A stretch of 64,000 bases of DNA, from the NCBI GenBank assembly GCA_020403265.1, contig JADBXZ010000091.1:9189-73188 (forward strand), read 5' to 3'. The DNA is from Bacteroidota bacterium (GTDB taxonomy: Bacteria; Bacteroidota; Bacteroidia; B-17B0; Aurantibacillaceae). The position numbers were made by a program, and so were the translations under genes. A model generated the notes under the pieces. The model saw nothing but the letters and a program-made list of their open reading frames with translations. It ran no database searches and had not been told where the DNA came from. Below are positions 28,372 to 36,776 of this stretch, piece after piece (the stretch's first letter is position 1; each line of letters begins with the position of its first letter).

Positions 28372-28723
28372 TTTTATTTTCTTCTTACTTTTTTCTTAGT
28401 CAAAAAAGTAAGCAAAAAGACAAGCCCATGCGATTCTGCGCACTTGCACCTCGCCTAGCATGCATGGGCAGGCCTGCGCACGCGGTTTCAAAAGGTAGAT
28501 TTTGGTTCATATAAAGTTGATGCTTCGTGCCAGTCTCTGAGTTATTCGATAGGTGTGTGGAGAAGTTATCAAGACACGTTATGCGATTGTTCTTCGCGAT
28601 AAAATAGTCGCATAAACTGGAGCTATTGCCTGCCTGCTGGCTAGGCAGGAATCCTGCACCTCCTGTGATTAATATTTTTTTGTTCGTGATCATTTTTATT
28701 TTCTTCTTACTTTTTTCTTAGTC
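28334..28723. repeat. 68-bp direct repeat (28334-28401 and 28656-28723) covering the leader and first codons of wbpP
   Basis: 67/68 identical by direct comparison. Confidence 0.95.
28556..28693 (-). pseudogene. 5' partial duplicate of the wbpP-like gene with an in-frame palindromic insertion
   Basis: MITNKKILITGGAGF-LPSQQAG-NSSSLCDYFIAKNNRITCLDNFST, after which similarity ends. Confidence 0.85.
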
Positions 28724-29143
28724 TCTTTGGCTTCTTTTTTTGCTGACCGGCAGGTGCTCAGAACAAAGGCCAAAAGAAGCAAGTCTATAAGAAAGTAAGA
28801 ATGTTTTAAAATTAACTTATGAATTTAGTAAGCTATTGTTTCGAATTAAAAGATCGATTGAAACAGATGATCTTCTTCTTTATTCAAACAATCGGATGCT
28901 TGAGTTGTTATTTTAATGTGAATTAGCCTAATAATTATAGTTGGTTGTTGAGCAAAAAAAGAGCTTCTAAACCTTACTGAGAAAGTGGATTCATCTAAAA
29001 TTTTAAATACCTGTGAATCAAATCTTTTCAGAACTACACATAAAGAGTATCTCTTGTTTTTTTCACGGCTTCGCCACACTCAGTCACATTAAAATTTGCA
29101 ACTAAAGCCATTTTAGCGACGGTTAAGTTACTAATTTTAGGCG

Positions 29144-30439
29144 TTAGATAGACAATAACTGTCGATTAATTTTGGACTTGATTAACAACACCGTTGTGAG
29201 TAATTTGGAGGGATTAATTAAAAATATACCGGTTAAGGGTGCATGAAAAACCCCGCTTAAAATCCCCGCCATCGCAACAATGGTAAAGTTACTCACCGGT
29301 ATGTCAGTAATGCCAATAAGGCTTAAAAAGAAAGAAAAGATAAAGCCCAAGTAAGCGCCTACGAAAAGTGAAGGTGCAAAACTACCGCCATTACCGCCAC
29401 TTCCAAGTGTAATGGCAACGGCAAAAGATTTTAAAAGCATGGTAACTGTAATAAAGCAAAGTAAAATCCATTTACCATGGATGTAAGGTTGTATGAGGCT
29501 GTTACCAAACAATACAGAGGTGTTTAATTCTGCCAACGCTTTAATGCTTTCATAACCTTCGCCAAAAAGGGAAGGGAAAACAGCGTAAAGTAATGCCAAA
29601 CATAAGCCGCCTAATAACCATCTGTTTACGGATGATTTAATTTTTGTAAATCTGGACTCAATTTTATCAAAGAAATGAATATAGTATAAAGAAACGAGTC
29701 CGGCTAATAAACCTAACAAGAGATAAAATGGGGTATTATGGTAATCAAAAGGCTGTTTTAATTTAAAGAACAACAGACTTGTTTCGTTTAAAATTATTTT
29801 TGATAGCAAGGCGCCAGAGGCTGCGGCAATTAATAGAGGTATAAATGCACTAATTGAAATATCGACTAAAATGACTTCCAATGCAAACAACACACCGGCA
29901 ATTGGGGCATTAAAGGCACCGGCAATACCACCCGCAGCGCCGGCGGCCAGCAAAAGGGTTCGTTCTTTGTAGCTTAATTTATAAGTTCTGGCAAAATTGG
30001 AACCGATGGCACTACCGGTGCTTACGATTGGTGATTCTAAACCGGCAGAACCTCCAAAACCAACTGTAAATGCGCTTGTTAAAACATGCGAGTACATCTG
30101 GTAAAATGGCAAAAAACTACTTTTTTTGGCTATGGCAAAGAGAATGGCAGAATTACCCCTTTGCAATTGGTCCTTAAAAAAATACTTAATAATCAGAATT
30201 GTAATGCCAATACCAAAAATAGGTAAGGCTAAATAAAGGTATTTAAAATCAAATTTTAAAAAATAACCCTCAACTATGTATTCGCGAATAAAAAACACAA
30301 AAAGTTTAAGTACAACTGCCGCAATACCTGCACTAACACCAACCAGGATACTTGAAAAAATCAGAAATTGTTTATCGTTGGTTTTCTCATGAATCCAATT
30401 GATGCTTTTTTCGATGTAATTTATTTTTTTAAGATTCAT
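29144..30439 (-). pseudogene. CLC voltage-gated chloride channel family, C-terminally truncated
   Basis: GSAGLESP, GAAGGIAGAFNAP, GGSFAPSLFVG and HAPLTGIFLI motifs. Family similarity stops at ~29216 and no CBS domains follow. Confidence 0.75.
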
Positions 30440-30561
30440 ATTTCAATTACGGATTCAGTCTGATGAAAACGTTGAATTTAAATGGGTGAGGTGAGCACTA
30501 AAGTTAGTGTTTTTTTTAGTATTAGCCGTTTTAATATTTCAAGTTGAAGCTGGAAAAATTG

Positions 30562-30569
30562 TAATTTTG
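30562..30569 (+). promoter_or_regulatory. Bacteroidota -7 promoter box TAATTTTG
   Basis: Matches TAnnTTTG, 4 nt before ATG 30574. Confidence 0.55.
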
Positions 30570-30573
30570 ATTG

Positions 30574-31800
30574 ATGCTCACATTTTTTGCGATAATAATT
30601 TCTATTTCGGCCGTTTTGGGGTACATTAATCACAAATGGCTTAAACTACCAAACACAATAGGCGTTATGTTTATTAGTGTTGTGTTGGGCATTGTTTTAA
30701 GATTGTTTGAAACCCTTTACCCGGGTTACACTTCACCATTAAGGGCATTTTTGGAAGGATATGATTTTAGCGCCTTTGTTCTCGATTTTATTCTCTGCTT
30801 TTTATTGTTTGCAGGTTCCTTGCATGTAAATATTGGTCAGTTAAAAGGAGCAAGGGCAACTGTATTTTCATATGCTACAATTGGGGTTATCATTTCAACC
30901 ATCCTCATAGGATTATTGAGTAAACTGGTGATAGGTTTGTTTGGGTATGAAGTTAGTTTAATTTCTTGTTTTTTATTTGGCGCTTTAATTTCACCAACAG
31001 ACCCGATTGCTGTTATTGGGATTCTCTCACAATACAAAATCCCACAAAAATTGAAGACAGAGATTATTGGCGAATCACTTTTTAATGATGGTGTTGGTGT
31101 TGTTGTATTTTCAGTCATTTTCTCTTTAATTACCGGGGGTGACCACTCATTTACCGCAACAAATATCACTAAGATTTTTGCGATTGAAGTTTTAGGCGGA
31201 CTAGCTATTGGTTTAATGATAGGGTATGCAGGTTATTGGTTAATGAAAACAATTGATCATTATCAAACAGAAATAATGATTACACTTGCAGTAGTAACCG
31301 GCGGGTATTCTGCTGCATCTTACTTTCACGCATCGGGTCCCTTAGCTATGGTAGTTGCCGGTTTATTAATTGGCAATAAAGGGAAGGAACATGCGATGTC
31401 TGATATAACTACCGAATACGTAGATAAATTTTGGGAACTCATTGATGAAATATGCAACACTATTTTATTCGTATTGATGGGGCTGGAAATATTTTTAGTT
31501 CCTTTTGATTTAGGATACATCCTTGTCGGTACTTTATTAATTGTAGTTGCCTTGGCAGCACGTTACATTTCTTTATTACCTGCTTTCTTTTTATTTAACC
31601 GAAATGAAAAACGAAAAGGTTTAAATCTCGCTGTGTTAACATGGGGCGGATTAAGGGGTGGCATTTCCATTGCGTTAGCTTTATCATTAACTAATAAAAT
31701 TGAGGGGAGCAGTTTATTTATCGTAAGCACGTATTGCATAGTACTATTTTCGATTATGGTGCAAGGCTTGAGTATTAAAAAGTTGCTTGCCAAGTATTAA
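30574..31800 (+). CDS. Na+/H+ antiporter, CPA1 (NhaP) family
   Basis: LPNTIG, FGALISPTDPIAV, GESLFNDG and WGGLRGGISIALAL motifs. Confidence 0.9.
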   Translation: MLTFFAIIISISAVLGYINHKWLKLPNTIGVMFISVVLGIVLRLFETLYPGYTSPLRAFLEGYDFSAFVLDFILCFLLFAGSLHVNIGQLKGARATVFSYATIGVIISTILIGLLSKLVIGLFGYEVSLISCFLFGALISPTDPIAVIGILSQYKIPQKLKTEIIGESLFNDGVGVVVFSVIFSLITGGDHSFTATNITKIFAIEVLGGLAIGLMIGYAGYWLMKTIDHYQTEIMITLAVVTGGYSAASYFHASGPLAMVVAGLLIGNKGKEHAMSDITTEYVDKFWELIDEICNTILFVLMGLEIFLVPFDLGYILVGTLLIVVALAARYISLLPAFFLFNRNEKRKGLNLAVLTWGGLRGGISIALALSLTNKIEGSSLFIVSTYCIVLFSIMVQGLSIKKLLAKY

Positions 31801-31903
31801 AATTGCTGTTTAGGTTTTTCAAAAGCAATTAGGATTATTTTTTTGGAAGTAAAAAAACAGAGATCAAATGTTCGCATTTGCTCTCATTTTCTCTCTGTTT
31901 ATG

Positions 31904-31985
31904 TACAGGTGAAGGGACTCGAACCCCCACGCCTTTCGGCACCAGATCCTAAGTCTGGCGCGGCTGCCAATTACGCCACACCTGC
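31904..31985 (-). tRNA. tRNA-Leu (anticodon TAG)
   Basis: GCAGGTG...CACCTGT-A acceptor stem, CCAGA-CTTAGGA-TCTGG anticodon arm, long variable arm, GGTTCGAGTCC T-loop. CCA is not encoded. Confidence 0.97.
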
Positions 31986-32020
31986 AAGGGACGTCAAAAT
32001 TAAGCAATAATTCCGGATTT

Positions 32021-34873
32021 TCAAATTTTATTACAAATAATATTGTAGGCGCAAAAGTTACAAATTTCAGTATCAGTCGTTTGTACAAAGGTTGTATTAT
32101 AACTTAACAATTCCTGAATTCTTGTAATTAATGCTGCTTCAAATGCTTCAAAAAAAGCTGCGCTAAATACAAATGGTTTACGGTTTTGTTTTAAATATTG
32201 AGCAGCATCTTTTTTACTTTTAAAGGCAATAATGCAAGGTTTGATTTGTTCAGGCGCGTATAAATTGGTTTTATATAGCAACCAACTGTAAACAATTAAC
32301 TGAAATTGTTTATGGTATTTAGTGTTGATAAACAAATCAGAGAACTCTGAATCTATTTCAAATTTATCCGAATCATTAACGGAATTTTTGTAATCGCTTA
32401 TTTCAATGTCAGCTCCTTTTTTCTCAATCCGATCAATAGTTCCTTTTACCCAAACTTTATAATTGTTACCATTAACAGAAATATCCAAAGAGCTCTCAAG
32501 CGTGTATTCTAATCCCAATAAGGTAATAGACTGATTTTGCTCGAGTGATTTTATGCAATTAATTACATCTCTTTCAATCTGTGAAATAACATGTGATTTA
32601 ACCACTTCTTTTTGAAGTAAATTTTTTCCATATAATTCCTTCTGATCAAAAAACTGTTGAAAGGAGGCGTTGACTTGTTTATCAACCTCATTCTTTAATT
32701 GTTTGACGACCTCTGCTTTTAAAATTTGATTTACCAGAGGTCTGTACAAATTCTCTAATGTTAAATGCAGAATCTGGCCTTGAGTATTACTTTCGGCATA
32801 TTCTTCTAACTGTTCCGGCTCTTTAAGTTTTGCGCCGTACCTGAAAAAGAACTTCAAACTACAATCAGAAAATGTGTTTAGTGCAGAAGCTGAAAGCCCT
32901 CCGTATTGGTCAGAAGAAGTTATTTTTTTCAGAATTGGTTGAACCGTAACTTCATTTTTTGGAATGCTGATGTTGTTTTGTAATTGGGATGGCGCCTCTT
33001 TATACTCTGCAACTTTTTCGCTAAGCCGGATACTTTGATTGTAAGTTGGTAACTCAATGAGGAGTTGCGTTAAAAATCTGCTTTTTTCTCCTTTTCCAAA
33101 GGTATCGGTTACACTGTCGTAGGTTATGCAAATTTGTTGTGCACGTTGTAACAATCTGTAAAAATGATAAGCATAAATGGCTGCCTTTTCGGTATAAAGT
33201 GGTAAACCAAACGCCCTTTTTAAATCATTTGGCAAAAAGGAATTGCTGTTTTTTGAAGCAGGTAAAATACCTTCGTTCACATTTACAAATATTACATATT
33301 TAAAATCCAAGGTTCTGGTTTCTAAAACACCCATTAATTGCAGCCCTTTTAGCGGTTCGCCTATAAATGGAACAGACCCGGATCCGATAATTTGCTGGAA
33401 TAATTGTTTGTAGGATGAAAGATCGTTGAAGTAGTTTTCTGCACTCACAATTTCAGCCATCCGATTAAGATGTTTTTTTATTACTGTTAAATACTGTAAC
33501 TCTAAAACTGTTAGGGCATTTTGTGTATGTAAAGTGAGTTGTTCAATTAACTCATCTATTAAAGAACACAACGTTAAATTAAAATCTGCTACAGTTTGAT
33601 GAACAGAAATAAATGGATTAATGAACTTGAATGAGTCTTCAAATAAGGCTTGTAGATTTGATTTACTTAAGAAAGCGATGTTCCGTAATTTTAAATTTTG
33701 TAATACCTGAGGTATCTTAAGCGATTTACTTTTAAGATGAAGGTAATTTGCAAATAAAGGGTGAAGCAGCAAGTCGTTTAAATCTTTATGGTAAATTCGG
33801 CCCTTGTATTTTTGTTGTTTTAAGCCAATTTGTAATTTGATGAGTTGTTCTAACAAATTAAAAGCAGAAGTAAATTTAATAGGGTATTCCATGGTAATAT
33901 TCACGTGTTCAACCCCGGCCGGTAACTGATTTAAAACAGGCCATAATAATTTTTCATTAGCCAGTACAATGGCTACGTCCTTTAAATTGACACCGGCGCT
34001 TAGTAAACTCTGCACTTCTTGTTTAACAACCTGCGCTTGTCCTATTTGCTTTGGTACTGAAATTAGTTTAATGTTTTTAGTTGTTTTAAAATGTTCACCA
34101 ATTTCTATATGTTTAAATGAGCCAAATAACTTTTGATTTTGTCTTAAAAACAAACCGGCTTCGTGACTTTGGTTATTGAAATAGTATGCGTCTGCATCCC
34201 ACAACAACTCTGCTTTACCAATGTTTTGCAAGTGTTTCAGAATTTTTAGTTCTGCAGCGTTTAACGCATTAAACCCGCAAAAAATGAATTGACGATACTT
34301 ATTGGGCAGGCCGGAGCCATTTAATTTAGTTACTGCAGTTTTATAGGCTAAACCTTGATAAGCCCAGCCATTTGTGATAAGAAAATCTGTAAAATGTACA
34401 TAAATTTTACCAAGACTTTGCATGAAATGCAGGTAATTTAATTGCATTTCGCTTAACGCTGTTTCACCTAAACTCCAATTCTCAATTTCCTTAATGTGTT
34501 GTAAATTGTCGTAAAGTTGTTTGCTATCGGCCAAATAACGATCAATCTCATTAAAGTCCTGCAAAATCAAATGCCCCCATTTTAAAAAGGAATCAAAGGG
34601 CTCTGCGCCATCGCCGTAGCAAATTTTATAACTTTCGTACAAATGACAAACCAAATCAATGTCGTTTAAAATGGAGAGTTCGCTCAGTTCTTCGATGAGT
34701 TGTTCGGCAGTTAAAATTGTTGGCAGCCAGGTGGTTTCTTGATAGACATTAGCCAAATGTTGCTTAAAAAAAAGTGCACCGCGTTTACTTGGCAATACCA
34801 CGCAATAAGCATCGAGTGGTTTTTCAAGATGGTTGAAAAAATAGTCGGCTACTTCTTTAAGAAACGGTTTCAT
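32021..34873 (-). CDS. PD-(D/E)XK nuclease, AddB/RexB-like subunit
   Basis: VVLPSKRG, QLMGVLETRTLDF, SASAL..DC, KGTIDRIE..SDYK and terminal CNFCAYNIIC motifs; ATG at 34873 preferred as start. Confidence 0.85.
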   Translation of the reverse strand: MKPFLKEVADYFFNHLEKPLDAYCVVLPSKRGALFFKQHLANVYQETTWLPTILTAEQLIEELSELSILNDIDLVCHLYESYKICYGDGAEPFDSFLKWGHLILQDFNEIDRYLADSKQLYDNLQHIKEIENWSLGETALSEMQLNYLHFMQSLGKIYVHFTDFLITNGWAYQGLAYKTAVTKLNGSGLPNKYRQFIFCGFNALNAAELKILKHLQNIGKAELLWDADAYYFNNQSHEAGLFLRQNQKLFGSFKHIEIGEHFKTTKNIKLISVPKQIGQAQVVKQEVQSLLSAGVNLKDVAIVLANEKLLWPVLNQLPAGVEHVNITMEYPIKFTSAFNLLEQLIKLQIGLKQQKYKGRIYHKDLNDLLLHPLFANYLHLKSKSLKIPQVLQNLKLRNIAFLSKSNLQALFEDSFKFINPFISVHQTVADFNLTLCSLIDELIEQLTLHTQNALTVLELQYLTVIKKHLNRMAEIVSAENYFNDLSSYKQLFQQIIGSGSVPFIGEPLKGLQLMGVLETRTLDFKYVIFVNVNEGILPASKNSNSFLPNDLKRAFGLPLYTEKAAIYAYHFYRLLQRAQQICITYDSVTDTFGKGEKSRFLTQLLIELPTYNQSIRLSEKVAEYKEAPSQLQNNISIPKNEVTVQPILKKITSSDQYGGLSASALNTFSDCSLKFFFRYGAKLKEPEQLEEYAESNTQGQILHLTLENLYRPLVNQILKAEVVKQLKNEVDKQVNASFQQFFDQKELYGKNLLQKEVVKSHVISQIERDVINCIKSLEQNQSITLLGLEYTLESSLDISVNGNNYKVWVKGTIDRIEKKGADIEISDYKNSVNDSDKFEIDSEFSDLFINTKYHKQFQLIVYSWLLYKTNLYAPEQIKPCIIAFKSKKDAAQYLKQNRKPFVFSAAFFEAFEAALITRIQELLSYNTTFVQTTDTEICNFCAYNIICNKI

Positions 34874-34904
34874 GTCTGTCAAATGTAAGTATATTTAAGG
34901 CAAA

Positions 34905-35126
34905 ATGGAGTTTCCTTTGTTTCGAAAATATCCCAATGAAAAAAGTTATTTCAGGATAGAAAGTCCAACGGAATTACTTGAATTAAAATTGGTCGGGCAA
35001 GTTTGGATAAAATATACTGTTAAAGCCACTCAATACCCCGAGATAGTAATGATAAGAGATTTAATGACTGAAGGTTTAGTAATTACGGAGGAAGAGTTTA
35101 ATATTGTGCTGAGCAAGGTGTTATAA
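34905..35126 (+). CDS. Small hypothetical protein
   Basis: 73-aa ORF with ATG start and natural-looking composition, divergent from the AddB-like gene. Confidence 0.6.
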   Translation: MEFPLFRKYPNEKSYFRIESPTELLELKLVGQVWIKYTVKATQYPEIVMIRDLMTEGLVITEEEFNIVLSKVL

Positions 35127-35909
35127 GCCAAGATCTCTTTTACGTTTCACTTTAATTTCACGCATATTAAACCACTCGTTTAATAGCGAAAAGGCAAGGG
35201 CAAAATAAACGTAATTTTTGTTTAAATGTAGGTGTTGATCATCCGGTTTACCACAATTATAAACATCAAGCCCACCTTCTATCAATAAAACGAAACCAAT
35301 TAATAATAAAAAACTAAGTGCAATTGTTTTAATGCCCGGATTTTTATTGATGAAATCTGCAACGCGGCCACTGAATAAAATCATTAACAACATACTGATA
35401 ACCACAGCCAGAATCATCACGAGTACATGGCCACTAACGCCAACCGCGGCAAGTATACTATCAAAACTAAAAACAAAATCAATTATAATAATTTGTAAGA
35501 TAATTGCGCCAAAGGTGTTTTTACCTTCATTTTTATTTTCTATTTCGTCGTGATCACTTGTTATTTTTTCATGAATTTCTTTAATGGTTTTATAAATTAA
35601 AAAAACGCCACCAAATATCAGAATCAATGCTTTCCCGCTAATACCAAATGAACCAATTGTAAAAAGCGCATCTTTAAGTCCTGCAATCCAGCCAATAAAA
35701 AACAGAAGTATTGTGCGCACAACAAGAGCCAAGACTAAGCCGATTGTTCGCGCTTTATTTTGTTTGATTTTAGGTAGTTTGTTAACGGCAATTGAAATGA
35801 AAATGATATTGTCAATTCCTAAAATAATCTCTAAAATAGATAAGGTCAGTAAGCCAATTAAACCGTTAAGAGATAAAAGCACGTCTAATTCGACTGAAAA
35901 ATTTTGCAT
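35121..35909 (-). CDS. TerC family membrane protein
   Basis: LEIILGIDNIIFISI and DFVFSFDSILAAVG motifs. Confidence 0.92.
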   Translation of the reverse strand: MQNFSVELDVLLSLNGLIGLLTLSILEIILGIDNIIFISIAVNKLPKIKQNKARTIGLVLALVVRTILLFFIGWIAGLKDALFTIGSFGISGKALILIFGGVFLIYKTIKEIHEKITSDHDEIENKNEGKNTFGAIILQIIIIDFVFSFDSILAAVGVSGHVLVMILAVVISMLLMILFSGRVADFINKNPGIKTIALSFLLLIGFVLLIEGGLDVYNCGKPDDQHLHLNKNYVYFALAFSLLNEWFNMREIKVKRKRDLGL

Positions 35910-36043
35910 TTAGAAGGTATAAAGCGCAAATGTAGTAAATTTAGGAGGAGTATGCAAATTTTAAATGAATTGAAAATCAGTACTTTAAGATGTGTTTAAC
36001 AAATTTATAGTATTATGTATCACATAGTACCAAATAAAACATA

Positions 36044-36051
36044 TATATTTG
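36044..36051 (+). promoter_or_regulatory. Bacteroidota -7 promoter box TATATTTG
   Basis: Matches TAnnTTTG upstream of the three-gene PadR/PspC unit. Confidence 0.55.
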
Positions 36052-36094
36052 CATCACCAATTATTAAGTAATACAAACCACTAAGAATAAAAAA

Positions 36095-36415
36095 ATGAAA
36101 ACACTAAAAAAAATAAGTCTGGCTATTTTGTTTTGTGCCGGCACCATGGTTAGCAATGCCATGGTAAAAACACCAAATTCTATTTCAACAGAAATTCAAG
36201 AGAACATTAAACTTGAAAAACAAGTTGTAACTAAAAATGAACGCGTAGAAGTTTTGTTTACAACCAATCAAAATGGTGATGTCAATTTTGTAATGGTTAA
36301 ATCGGACAACAAAGCTTTGAAAGATGAAATTGAGAAGCAATTTTCAAATTTCAATTTTAAAACCTTAAAGAGTGAAACAGTTCACAGTATTATTTTAAAC
36401 ATTAAATTAATTTAA
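36095..36415 (+). CDS. Secreted hypothetical protein
   Basis: Signal peptide MKTLKKISLAILFCAGTMVSNA; first gene of the PadR-PspC operon. Confidence 0.7.
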   Translation: MKTLKKISLAILFCAGTMVSNAMVKTPNSISTEIQENIKLEKQVVTKNERVEVLFTTNQNGDVNFVMVKSDNKALKDEIEKQFSNFNFKTLKSETVHSIILNIKLI

Positions 36416-36418
36416 CGA

Positions 36419-36766
36419 ATGGAGGCAATTTCAACAGACAACACAAAAGCTCAAATGCGAAAAGGCGTTTTGGAGCTTTGCATACTTTCTATTTTAATGG
36501 AAGGGGATGCATATCCTACAGAAATTATTGATAAGCTAAAAGATACCAAATTGGTCGTAGTTGAGGGAACGCTTTATCCGTTACTGACCCGTTTAAAAAA
36601 TACTGGTTTATTAACCTATCGTTGGGAAGAAAGCACCAGTGGGCCGCCCCGAAAATATTATAAGCTTACCGAAACGGGCGAGCAATATTTGAAAGAATTG
36701 CAACAAAGTTGGAAAGAGCTGGTAGATGCAGTAAATAAAACAATTGAAAGAGGAATAAATAAATAA
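36419..36766 (+). CDS. PadR family transcriptional regulator
   Basis: QMRKGVLELCIL, EGTLYPLLTRL and GPPRKYYKLT motifs. Confidence 0.95.
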   Translation: MEAISTDNTKAQMRKGVLELCILSILMEGDAYPTEIIDKLKDTKLVVVEGTLYPLLTRLKNTGLLTYRWEESTSGPPRKYYKLTETGEQYLKELQQSWKELVDAVNKTIERGINK

Positions 36767-36776
36767 AACAGATCGT

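Noticed and set aside
28846-29079. 77-aa minus-strand ORF upstream of the wbpP fragment
   Set aside because: No recognisable motif, GTG start inside a hairpin-like non-coding stretch; probably a chance ORF.
28700-29140. JUMPstart/ops or UpxY-type antitermination signal ahead of the glycan locus
   Set aside because: No GGCGGTAG-like motif was recognised and there is no NusG-paralog gene in the window.
31904-31985. tRNA-Leu as a genomic island or prophage attachment site
   Set aside because: No integrase and no duplicated tRNA 3' end were seen in the window; the flanking genes are housekeeping.
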